From positions 1,062,769-1,126,768 of the forward strand of contig NW_003314311.1 of NCBI RefSeq assembly GCF_000143415.4: a stretch of DNA of 64,000 nucleotides, read 5' to 3'. Positions 10,101-21,399 of this stretch are shown here, piece after piece. The first letter of the stretch is position 1, and each line of letters opens with the position of its first letter. A model generated the notes under the pieces. That model was not told the DNA's origin. It made no database searches and saw only the letters and a list, made by a program, of their open reading frames with translations. The position numbers were made by a program, and so were the translations under genes. The stretch comes from Selaginella moellendorffii. Lineage: Eukaryota > Plantae > Lycopodiophyta.

Positions 10101-12903
10101 CAAGCCAATACTCGTGCAGCCTCTTTCGTTCCCTCAGAGGAAGGCTCCAAACGTCAGGATAATCTACCAGGAGCTCAAGTGGAACCTCGTCACGGTGTGC
10201 ATTGTTCACAACTGGATCCTGCTGCTGCTCAACTGCTTCAACCGGACGACTCCGACGCCGAGTCTGGACGTGTACCCAACCACCGCCCCCTGGAGCAGCC
10301 AAGCCTTGGGTACGTCTCCCTTCTTCGCGGGGAACATTTACCGTTTGGTCATGCAGGTCCGCTGCTTCGACTTCATCATCCAGAACGACATACCTGTTAG
10401 CTACTTGCTCAACTCTTCGAGCTGGAACATCAACGTATCTGAGATTTTCAGCTTCCAGCCAGGCTTCTACCACCTTCTTTCCTGCTAATGCGCTCGTGCG
10501 TCCCAGGTAGAATAAATTTGTTATCTGATCTTCTGTCGCTACACCGTGAAGAAGAGTTTCTGACACATAGGGAAGATTCAGCTCATCCACACACCGGCGT
10601 ATTTCTGCCTCTAGTCGCCTCCGGTCGTCTCTAGCAGCCACTGCCTTTCTCACGTAAGCTCCCTGCACATCCCGGTTCTCCCTTGCCAGCTGTACAAGAG
10701 TCTGCAGGTTGCGGCCATCTAGCTGCTTGTTTTTGCTTCGACCTCCTATCCTGATCACATTTTTCTCAGAACGAAAAACTCCTTCCAGGAACTGGTCCAG
10801 TGCATGGTTCGTATAGCAGACAATCAAAACAGGTCCAAAGAGGTCGGGAACATCTTCTGCAGTGCTAAAGTGTCCTGTCTTTGTAGCCTCCCTCTTTAGA
10901 TTTGCAAGCAGCAACTTCACGATAAGCATCCCGACGAACGTCTTTCCAGTGCCGGGTGGTCCTTGAATCAGTGCGAGGTTTTTCGTCAAAGCGTGCTTCA
11001 ATGCTGCGACCTGGCTCGAGTCCAGGGTTGAGTTCCACTCAGGCCAATCTTGCAGTATATGAAACTTGAACTGACCGAATTCTTTCGTGCCTCCAGGGAA
11101 AGCAGAGCTGAAGTCGTATCTATCGCCCTCTGCTCTCTGTGACAAGTACGCTGGCTCCTTCACATGCTTCTCTAACGATATCAAATGCGACTTGAAAGGT
11201 ATGTTTTCCATGTCCTCTCGTTGCAAGCTTTTCAAAACATGAGAATAAGCTTCGAAGTATGCTGCTGCAGACTCGACCATGACGTATTTGGATGATGCGT
11301 CGAGATCACTTCCATCTAAAAGACGAAGGTCCACCATATTCTGAGCCAACTCTTTCCTTCCTGCCACCGTTGCCCAGGTAATGGTCTGAAAGTTATCCCT
11401 TGACATGCACAGCAAGGAGCCAAACATCAACCGTTTGCTCTGCTCCCAGTTTATCTCCCTCGTTTTGTTCCTGACTTTCTCTGCAACGAACGACACCTTG
11501 TTTTCTATCCCGTTTAGTGTGAAACGTACTCCTTTCAGCTCCACATTGCTATATATCCTCACCTCCGCAAAGTATCCTCCCTGCCTGTTTATGTACTGCT
11601 TTATCCCTTGCCTGAGTGGATTGATGAAGTCCTCTCGCAGCAGCCGGAAGTGCGTCTCTAAGTACTCCAGAACTGAGGTGTAACGAAGCCCAACTTTGTT
11701 GACCGGAACTGCGGTTGGGATGACGCTGAGGAGCTCGTCCTTGCTGGGAATTATCGGTATCTTGCGGAACTCCGGTCCCTGCATCGTCATTCCACGTAAG
11801 TTTTTCGAAAAACAATCTCTTTTCATCAGAACTTGCCTGTAAACTTGCGTCAGGATCTGATGTGGCCATTTGCAGCCAGAGTTTTCTCCTGTGCTCGAGC
11901 AGTACGCCCAACCTTTCGGCTAGCTCGTCCCTCAGGGGCGTTTCCGGAAGCTCTGCGATCAGCTTCTCGGCGGCGTCTAGGGGGAGATACTTCCATCCAT
12001 CGGAAGTTCGCAGCTGCAGCTCTTCAATCAGCAACAGGTATGGCTTCAAACCTTCGTCCGTGCGTGGCATCTGATTGTTCATGTGAGCTTGGAGCTGCAT
12101 CGCATACCTCGACTCGGCCAGAGATCCATATATCTTATTTGTCTCGTGCCTGAGCATGCTAGACCGCATTTCATCCCTGGTCAGCAGCTTCGCGAGCATA
12201 TCAGCCGCCTTGCGCGTGAGCTGCAAGCTTGAAGCTACCTTGCATAGCATCTCTAGTCCCGGTGGCGAGCTCAGCTCCTCGATGTTGTCTGCCGGGGATC
12301 TTCCTATCAGATTCTCGAGCCACCTCTCAATCGACCACGCAGACAGCAGCACCGGTCTCACGATGCTGGTACTTCCGGTGCTGCTGTTATTGCTCGAGTG
12401 TGAAAACTTGCATCTTAATCCATTTCGGCAGTAGCCACGCTGGAAAAACTTGCATGGTCCTGCCTGACTGGAAGGCTCTGCAGGAGCAAGACCCGTCGCC
12501 ATTGCTTTCTCTCGCACCGAAAACCTTGGCACGGCCTGGCTCGCAGACATGTCCCCGAGTGCTAGTTTCAGGTCCTCGTCCGTCTCGACTGTGATTGTTT
12601 CTCCTTCCGAGTCGCCGTAGCTGATGACGATGCCGCTCGCGCTCTTCAGCTCGCTGAAAGTTTTCTTGATGGTTTCCACCAGAGCCTGCATGCTTAGCTG
12701 CAACGTAACCATCACTAATCTGATGCTTTCGTTGTGACACAGCTTCAAACGAAAAGCACGACTGCAAGGTTCTTCCTGGATTCACAAGGCGAAAAGAAAA
12801 AAAGGAAGGGTATGGATTAGAGAGAGAGTTTTTTCTTGCTTACCATGGTTTCTTGCAGAGCAGCTGCCGCATGTCGATCACTTCCTCTCCTTCCGCTTGC
12901 CAT
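7116..12903 (-). CDS. ZNFX1: ZNFX1-type NFX1-zinc-finger SF1 (UPF1-like) RNA helicase / RZ-finger E3 ligase with N-terminal PB1 and CCCH domains and C-terminal TPRs; 4 exons (12844-12903, 11837-12775, 7970-11778, 7116-7917), 1869 aa
   Basis: Three ORF-track ORFs join in frame via introns 12776-12843 (GT-AG), 11779-11836 (GC-AG) and 7918-7969 (GT-AG); CDS is 5610 nt. Motifs: YL..HFRLLREDF..PLR.GI, W..SKRL.FGSL.C.S.D.F, QGPPGTGKT, CYTNHALDQFLE, VEEAAEVLE, LIGDH.QLRP, SMFERL, VDDFQGEENDI, NRVCVALSRAR, repeated CGH.C...C NFX1 fingers, DCGHIFEV.GLD.WM...CPACK, and GHWYQCPNGHVYVVGECGGPMQTSQCPDCGSIIGGEHH (RZ finger). Confidence 0.93.
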
Positions 12904-13499
12904 GGCGTCTCGATTCCAAAGGCTTCCAAGACTGTGATCACAGCGTTTTATCTCCTAAACGGCCTCCCGCCCGCTTTCATTACGGTTCACTGGCATTTAT
13001 TTTATAGATGATCACGCTTGAGGCTTTATTCGCTGAATTCTTTATTTGAGGCCAACTCAGTATTCCATTAGAGCCCTTCACTTTAGGTTCTCTTTGCCCA
13101 AAGTCCCTCCCAAAGTTAATATGGGCGGCAGATGTGATTCTGGCTTTACATCTGTTTTATTCCAATCCCTGTCCAAGGTACAATGTCGGCTGCATCCCAC
13201 GATGCTCGGTGTTAGTGCGTGTTCTGGAGTCCAGAATCTAGACCATCTTTGACACAACATGCATTCAACGTTGTTTACAATGTTCGTAGGAGGACACACA
13301 CTGTGGTTTAGATTGTACTCGTGTCCATGTAGTTAACTCTCTAGATTCAATTACCTTGTGTTTGAACGTTCTTAGAAAGCGTTGCAGCGAATGAGATTGA
13401 TCAAGCACACTGATTGGAAGGAAAGTCACAAGCTATATCTGTTCCTTCAATTTTCCCAGGAATTTGATTGTTCATGAAGAAGTTCGGTCGATATGAAGA

Positions 13500-15625
13500 T
13501 GACGATACAATCAAGTGACACATAAATTCTCACAGTGCGTGTGCACGTGGATTTATACGCGTGTGAAGATTAGAATACGACTGTGTCACTCTGGCCTGGA
13601 GAACCATGCAAAAGTAAAGGAAAATTTGAGAAAAAGAGAGTTTTTGTGTGTCGCCGCGAGCTCCATTATCTGGAGCACAATTTCTCGGTTCAAAGCCTTG
13701 AGCTCCTCTGAACTCCCAAAGCTCGAAGAATTCACTTGTAAAAAAAGGTCGAGAAGTCCGAAGGCTACTTTCAGGGCAGCTGATGAGAGTGCAGCTAGGA
13801 ATAAGAATCAGTCGAGCTTGGAACAAATGCCCAAACTGGGCAAATGGCTTGCGCGGAGGGTGAGAAAGAGGAGCTCGACGGGGAGACAGAGTTGCTCCTT
13901 GCACGCCGACATTTTGGACAGAAGCCATCGAACTTGCTGCGGGCTGACGGCGGAGATGCTCAACGCGTAGAGCCTTTGGGGCTGCAATACGGCTGGTGCT
14001 GAAAGAAGCTGGCGGAGGCCTGCAAAACAAGCGGATGGAGTGCTAGGCGCGCCCACCTGTTGCTTGAGGAACACGACATGATCTGGATGAGCACCTCATC
14101 CGGCACAGCAGCACCGCATCAAAACCAAGAAAACGAGAAGATTGAGCTCGAGCTCCGTTGTGACCTCGATGTGCAGAAAAACCTTGTTGCTAAAAAGCTA
14201 TGAAAAGCTATTACCCTGTCATGGTGAGGATGAGGGCCTGAGCTTTTGTTCAGATCTGGCTCGAGCATTGGAGCTAGGTCAAGTGTGCAAGCAGTGGAGG
14301 AGCTACATGCCGAGACTGGAGCTCAACTTTGTTTCCTGATGATCCCGAGGTGATCGAGGCTGCTTTGTGCAGCACCCTGCGTGAAAGGTCGCCGCCTGTC
14401 AACATTTCTAGGCTCTTTGAGGCTTTAAAGCAGGTTTCGTTTTGTATCCAACGGCTGCAACCTGCCCGAACTCACACTCTTTCTAGAAATCACGTATCCT
14501 AGAGAAGTTGAGCTGGACGGATTGGTTCCCTGCTGCTTGAAGGTGAAGTCAGTTGGTTATGGAAAATCCAAGAAGTTTTCCAAGTTTGTGAGTTCGTGCC
14601 CTGCTCTAGAGATGCTTGTGCTCTACTGGTCAGCCGAAATCGTGCTCCAAAGTTCCAGTCTCAAGTTCCTTAAGTGCCTTGGAACTACGTGTTATGACAA
14701 AAGCCTCATACTGAATGCTCCCAACCTCGGATATGGGTATGTTTTGGTGGAGTAATGGAAGATTGGACTGCATAGTTTGAGGCAGCTAAGCTCATCTGCT
14801 GAGGGAAACTGGTGGTTCATGGCTGGCGTGCAACATCTTTCTGTCGAAAGGCTTCCACACATCGGAGTGTCTCATGTTTGATATTTGTTTATTGACAAGA
14901 TCGTGGAGGCATTAAACTCTTTTGATTCGTGGTTTTGACTTTCGGCCAGCCGTAACGAACCGAAAATTTGAACTGAGAATGCCGTCTTTGGAAAGGGTGG
15001 TCGGAGACTGCCATGCTGCAAAGCAAGCTACCGACATAGAAAGCTTTGTTTCCAGCTTTCTCAACTTAAAACGATGTTGTTTTCAACAGGTACCAAGCCA
15101 TATATTGTTCATGTAATGCCTGACACTTCCGGCATCAGCTGTGGAGATTTGTGAGTGCAGTAATGCAACATTTGGAAATGGTAAATGCTCTGGATGAGAC
15201 ACTGAGAAACGTATGTTTATGATTCCGAGCTATCGCAAGTCTGTCAAGCTCAATCCTGAAGAGTTCGTGACAGACTTCCATCCAGAAAACTATGGGATTT
15301 TGGACATAGTGAGGGACACACTAGTCCCAAACGCAACCAACCTCAGCTGCACAAGCTGAATCTATACCGAGCTGGGGACTACTTCAAAACAGACATAGAT
15401 ACACCTCAGGATGGCCTCGTTGCATCTCTGGTGTAGTGCTTCCGGGCAATCACAGTGGTGGGAAACTTATAGTGCGACATGGAAAAGTGGAGGAGACACT
15501 TCAAGTCGAGGAGAACCAGAGCAGCAACAATATCCACTGGGCAACGTTTTATTCTGACTGTGAGCATGAAGTGGAGGAAGTTAAATCGGGATATAGGCTC
15601 ACGTTGACATTCAAGAAGTGTCACA
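13500..15625 (+). pseudogene. Decayed cassette copy A: unknown segment + F-box/LRR(RNI/FBD-like) region + fungal-type Fe(II)/2-oxoglutarate dioxygenase domain
   Basis: ALELGQVCKQW (F-box C-terminal half), FVSSCPALEML, SSSLKFLKCL, LNAPNL; then SYRKSVKLNPEEFVTDFHPENY.ILDIVRDTL...KLNLYRAGDYFKTDIDTP...LPGNHSGGKLIVRHG...WATFYSDCEHEVEEVKSGYRLTL. Several stops and frameshifts. Confidence 0.7.
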
Positions 15626-16045
15626 CTCTCATCCCAAGGACTATAGCTTGTTTTTTAGGGTTCTGTATGAATGTAGTATTTTTAACCATTACTTAAGCTT
15701 GTTTAAATTTAAGAAATTAATCGCTAAACATGTTTATAGTTTAGAAATATTTATTTAAGCAAACTTGTGAGTGGTAATGGATATATTTAAAATATTCTTA
15801 GATATTTTTGGGATATTATACCATCTAATGGTTGTTATTCGTTTAGATTAATCTTATATTTATATCCTAAACACTTCCCAGTATATTCTAGTTTATTTTA
15901 TGGTTGAAGATTGTTTTTATGAATTATAAATTTTGTTGATAACACTACTAAACGTTATTGCAATTTTAGTTTTTGTATTTATATATTTGAAATTGTTATT
16001 TTTTCTCCAACAATATTCAACAGTAACAGCATCATAATCTTTCTG

Positions 16046-18483
16046 AATGTCTCATGCAGAGCATCTGCCTTTTCCAAATGTTGCATTACTGCACTCACAA
16101 GCAAGCTTCTCAATCTCCGCCAGAAGTGTGATAGAAATCAGGCACTACATGAACAATATGGATTAGTACTGGTTGAAAACAGCATTATATCTACTCACCT
16201 GCTGCTTTGTTGAGTATACAATTCGTATGTCATCAATTTTGAACTGGTTGGCCTGGAGGAAGCTCAGGTAATGTGCACTCATCCTCAAACGGTGGAACAA
16301 ACTTGATTGCTTGAACAAGCTTTTTATCAGCTTCGGAACGTGCTATTCTTACTCGTGGATCACACGGCACATTCTTCCTATACCTGGAAGGCAAGTTCAT
16401 GAGCAGAAGGAGCTCCAACTTAGGTGATGAGTGAGGATAACGGAAACGAAGCTTTCTATGTCAGTAACTTTCTTTGCCGCATGACAGTCTCTGGCCACCC
16501 TTTCCAAAGACGGTATTCTCAGAGAACTTGTTTGAGAATTTGGTATAATCTGCCACAAATTAAGAACCATCTAGAAACCAACTGCCAACCAAAAAATGGC
16601 TTATACCTCGACAATGTTGCCAATAAACAAATCTCGAACATGAAAGACATGAACAGCGGTAATATCTTTGATGCGTGAAGCGTCTTTGACAGAGAGATGT
16701 CGTACGCGAGCCATGAGCCAAACAGATGAGCTAAGCCTCAAGCTATGCAGCTGGTTCAATCCTCCGTTACTACTAACTTCCACATCCAGGACTTCAAGGT
16801 TCGGAGCATTCAGTTTAACGCTTTTGTCATGACGTTCAACTCCAAGACACTTGAGAAACTTGAGACTGGAACTGTGGAGCATGAATTCGTAGAGCAGAGA
16901 ATCTTGGCCAGTAGAGCACAAGCATCTCTAGAGCAGGGCATGAACTCACAAACTAGGACAACTTCTTGGATTTTCCGTAGCCAGCTGATTTCATCTTCAA
17001 GCAGCAGCGAACGAATTCGTGAAGCTTGACTTCTCGAGGATACGTACCTACAATCGATTCACAGGAAATCGAGAAAGAGTGTAACTTCGGGCACGCTGCA
17101 GCCACCTTACAGCTGAAAGACCATGGTATGCCGCCGTCGGAAATATAAAAGTCTAAAATCTCAAGTGATGCACGAGAGTGTAAATAGTTCAAAAGCTATG
17201 AAGGAAAGGGACAGACACAAAACGAAACCTGCTTGAGAGCAGCTTAGAAATACTGAGAGGCGTGTGTTGATGCGGAGACGGTGAAGGCCAGGCCTTTCAC
17301 GCAGGTGCTGCACAAAGCAGCCGATTCTTTGGATTTGCTCATTAACTAATGAAAAATTGGCCATCAAACCCAGAGGTTCGTTAGCTGCTGTTCGAGTCAG
17401 GATCGCAAGCAGTGGAGGAGCTACATGCCTAGACTGGAGCTCAACTTCTTGCGCAAGTTTCCCGACGTTCAAAGGTAAAAGGTAACTCCAAAGTGGTAAA
17501 AGAAGGTTTTGTGGCTCTCTTGCACGCAAAGATGTGGCACGGCCAAGTGTGGAGAGTCACACGGCCGGCACCAGCAACCATCACCGTACTTATGGTGGTG
17601 CTTGACTGAATCAAAGGTGGTCTGAAAGTTGTGGTAACGTGCAAGATTTTATGGTGGTGGTCGGAGGAGTCGCTGTAAGAATACGAGCAAGAGCATGTTC
17701 TTGAAAGGCATCGATCTGCGGTGGTGGTGATCTCCGTTGAAGATCGAGAAGCTCTCCCTTGAAGACTATATAGTTGCTGGAACTATATGTGGCTATTTTG
17801 TGTCAGTAACTGGATCTCCACCTCTTACGCCATCAACCCAAGTAGCTGGATCTACCCTCACTTATGCTGACAATTGCCTTGGCTGCCCCTATCCAGCTCC
17901 TCTTCCACCAAGAACAAGGCTAGCTCTATCTCAATGAAATTAATTTGATGGCTCATGGGTTGCGATGGAAAGCGGGAACGAGGCGATGACAAGGTATCTA
18001 TCATCAAAAGTACTATTAAAGCTTTTTCTTGAATATGCTTTCATTTGGATAGGGACCAGAGCAGCCGATCAAGCGTAGTAAAACATGGATGAAAGCAGAT
18101 TATATGGCCTTGATACGCCTCAAGCACATGAATACTTGCTGTGCTGGGAAGAAAGGAAAAAGTTGTTATTCTATGTTCAATGGCAGCAGATTGCAAACAA
18201 GATGGAAGGTGTAACCATTAGCAGATGCAACTGTGCCTGGCAGAATCTGGTTGTCATGTCCAAGGATCTAGGCGGGACCCTACAGACTATTTCCCACTCT
18301 CTAAAGAGGTGAATGGTCACAAGCGATCCTTGTGCATTGCATATGGACCAAGAGATCTTTGAAGCAATGACTTGTTTTCAAGCTTTGCTATTTAGTACAC
18401 ATAATTATTAAAGATGTCCCTTGAAAAATCCTTTTTTTTAAATAATGAGGAATTGAACATATAAAATATTTATTGAAATATAT
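16046..18483 (-). repeat. Left arm of a ~2.4-kb inverted duplication (partner 25978-28468); carries F-box/LRR cassette copy B and a trihelix pseudogene
   Basis: ORF-track peptides at 16233-17192 (-) are near-identical to those at 27325-28282 (+). Nucleotide identity is readable along the whole arm, e.g. AATGTCTCATGCAGAGCATCTGCC at 16046 vs its complement at 28468. Confidence 0.92.
17955..18372 (+). pseudogene. Trihelix/Myb-SANT-like gene copy, frameshifted
   Basis: Same first exon (ATGGG.TGCGATGGAAA...GATGACAAG|GTA) and W..IA.KM...C...W.NL core as 19231-19689; reading frame disrupted. Confidence 0.65.
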
Positions 18484-19230
18484 GATATAAAATACTTTTA
18501 ACAAAATAAAATTCTAACAAATTTAAAACACCTTTGGTTTGCTTATTTATTTTAAATAATATTTATTATTATAAATACAGGTTGTGTATCGAGAGAGAGA
18601 GAAACAAATGCTTATCGCATTGTAAATTAAGGCTTTCTCAATGAATTAATAAACAAACATCTCAACTAACCAAAACACATGCAAATGAATCAAGATAAAA
18701 TAGAAACTTATCAATTGAAGGAGTGATGATGTTAATGTATGTGCACAGACAAAAGAGAATCCATTGATGTTCCATTGAAGTGTGAGATGATGTGTAAGTA
18801 AGAAATTAAAGAAAAAAGAAAACAATATAATAACATATTTATAATTTTGTAATTTTCCTTCCTCAACTCACAACTAAGCTTTTTGTGGGGCATTATCACA
18901 TGAGACTATATTGAAGTGTCACACGTGGCAGTCCACATGATTGGCCACATATAACAACAAATTCATTTGCAAGGAAAATGCATTGAAACTGCCAACAGCT
19001 TTGCTAACTTTGACATCCACCACCTGAGCATAGGCAAATGTCAATTTCTAGAGAATAAAGGTAGAAAAGAGAACAAGTTTTGTAAGTTCCTCTTGACATC
19101 AATAACTTTCTTAAAGTTTTCCTGGAAGGTATTTAATATTTAGAAAATATCTGCAATTTCTTTGTTCTATTGGTTTGTTAACATCCTTTTTCTACTAAGA
19201 ATGGAGGTTTTCTTATTCATGTTAAACGGT

Positions 19231-19689
19231 TTACTTCCACCTAACCTTGTATTGAAGAAAAGCATCCATTGCCTCAAAAACATCTTGGTCCATATGTTTG
19301 TGGATCCCACAGCCATAATAGTATTCTCTAGAAAGTGGGAAATACTGTTCAGGATGCCTACTGAAGTGACACTTCAGACTCCTGTACATTATAACAAGAA
19401 TCCTCCATTCACGGGAGCATTGGCTACCGGTTCTGCTTTGGATTTTCTCCGCAATCTCCTCCAATACAGCTTCACGAGACAAATTCCTTCTTTCTTCTGG
19501 CCTCCGCAGGTGTTCCTGGCGCTTACGTATCAAGGCCATATGCTCTTGTTTGCTCCATCCTCCACGACGCTTGATCGGCTCCTCTGTTCCCTATCAGAAT
19601 ACATTCAAGTGCATATTACAAATATTTAATTAAAGAAATACCTTGTCATCATCGCCTCGTGCACGCGTTCCATTTCCATCGCACCCCAT
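19231..19689 (-). CDS. Small trihelix (Myb/SANT-like DNA-binding domain 4, ASR3/SH4-like) protein; exons 19642-19689 and 19231-19590
   Basis: MGCDGNGTRARGDDDK|GTEEPIKRRGGWSKQEHMALIRKR...LEEIAEKIQSRTGSQCSREWRILVIMY...YFPLSRE...MDQDVFEAMDAFL; 51-nt GT-AG intron; W-x-x-x-E-x-x-x-L and RT..QC..W pattern. The 3' end may splice further. Confidence 0.7.
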
Positions 19690-19882
19690 CAATGAACAAG
19701 ACCTAAAAGCTAGCCCACAAAACCTAAAAGCTAGCCCCAGTGACACCACAAAACCCTAAAAAGTGTCAAATGCCACGTGGTCAGCGAGATTTTTATAAAC
19801 CCCGGTATTTTTGGCATCCGCCTATTATGAATAAGAAACACAAAAGTTTATACTTATACATAAAAGCCATATTTTCTTTGAT

Positions 19883-21043
19883 TCATGGCCTTGCGAAGCT
19901 GGGTGCGAAGGTGTAGGCCCGAATGTCTGGAAATTCAGATCTCCCATAGTTGAGACTGGCAAAGAAGACCAGTTCCTCGTCCGAGTGGCCACAATACTCC
20001 CACTTCTTCTCCACCAAATGAAACGCTAACAAAGGATACATGCGGCTGGAGACAACGATCACATCGCCTGCTAGATGGGCCATCCACTGTTCACCATGAA
20101 TGTCAATGTCATCAAGTGGCCACTCACCACCAAGTATTTCCCGGATGAGAGTATGGCTGAGTGTGAGCCATTTACCAAGCTCTTCATCCTTTTCTAGCAC
20201 GCTTAGAGCAGCTCTCCGTATCCCATCTTTGTCACCTTCCCTGTGAACAAGCAAAATCCTTCTTCCTCTGTAAAGAAAACATCAAACAGGCCAGTTCAAG
20301 CCCTCCTCACCTGCCTCCAAAATACTCCCGTCCCAGTAGCCGAAGGGATCTTCACTCACCACTTCCCGCTTCCATGACATAGTGTCTAGGTCGTAAAAGC
20401 CATCCTCCTTTGCCTCGTTTTGGTTGTAACCCGGATTATACAGGTCTCCAGCAGTCGTGGATCCCCCCAGCGCCCAGCTTCCGGAGCCAGAATTGTACTG
20501 GAGAATGTAGGCCACGTCCTCTTCATCAATGATGTTAAGCACTGCAATCCGGTAGATCCCTGTCTCAAGATCCACATCCATCGCCTCGATCAAGAAAACC
20601 TTCTCGGGACACTGGAGCACCTTCCAAGAGTTTGTGAGCGGATTGCCCACAGCCAGAGACCGTGAGCGAGGCCATTTCGTCTCCGGCCACCCAGCAAGCG
20701 TGCCACAGACGAGCCCATTTGCCGTGACATGGCTCGCAAACATTGTAGAGGGAACTCCAGGCGGACCGAGAGGCAGAGATGTGGGCTCGAGTGGTCGGCC
20801 GGAGAAAGGGCGCCAGAGGACTGCGGATTGGGCGCCACGGGAAAGAATCGTCCGTACCACCCAGGGAATGCCATGATGCTGCTGCTTCCCGTGGCGATCT
20901 AGAAACGAGCGAGAGGAAAGAATGCGGTACCAGGAGCAGCAGACCACTCGCATCCGGGCGACGCTGCGGAAATCGAGTCGCAGGAGGACGTCCACAAGCA
21001 ATTCCTGCTCCCGGAGCCGATCGAAGGCAGAGCCGATCGCCAT
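19883..21043 (-). pseudogene. F-box protein (N-terminal F-box + beta-propeller/FBA-like region) with one in-frame TGA at 20282-20284
   Basis: LREQELLVDVLLRLDFRSVARMRVVCCSWYRILSSRSFL; NGLVC; LAVGNPLTNSWKVL. ORFs 20282-21043 and 19883-20254 are in the same frame separated by a single stop; ends ..AYTFAPSF like many plant F-box/kelch-type proteins. Confidence 0.8.
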
Positions 21044-21102
21044 GCTCGCTTATGCCCTAAATGAAATTCTTTTAATTTCTTTTCATTACAAGGGCTAAAG
21101 TG

Positions 21103-21114
21103 TGCCACGTGGCA
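21103..21114. promoter_or_regulatory. Perfect palindromic G-box TGCCACGTGGCA ~60 nt upstream of the F-box ATG
   Basis: Sequence match; related TGCCACGTGG lies at 19771, upstream of the trihelix gene. Confidence 0.45.
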
Positions 21115-21133
21115 TGTTTTACTATAAGTTATC

Positions 21134-21312
21134 ATGTTGCGATGGAAAGCGGTGCCAAGAAGAAAGGAGAAGCTTGTTGTTCTATGTTCAATAGCAAGAC
21201 AAGATGGAATGTCTGGTTGTCATGTACAGGGATCTAAAGTCTTACTTCAGTTAGCACATTGTAGATTATTTCCCACTCTCTTGAAGAGCAGCAATTGGGT
21301 GAATGGCTACAA
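21134..21312 (+). pseudogene. Internally deleted fragment of the trihelix gene family
   Basis: ATGTTGCGATGGAAAGCGG, TTGTTCTATGTTCAA, TCTGGTTGTCATGT, ATTTCCCACTCTC match blocks of 17955-18312. Confidence 0.55.
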
Positions 21313-21399
21313 CACCTTATACGGTCCTTTCCACTGCGCAAAGAACCTCTTAAATAAACTATGTACCATAAGATAGGGAAAATAAACTAATATTAAGTT

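Noticed and set aside
11549-11826. Possible programmed frameshift or pseudogenising frameshift in ZNFX1
   Set aside because: A consensus GC-AG intron joins the two frames exactly.
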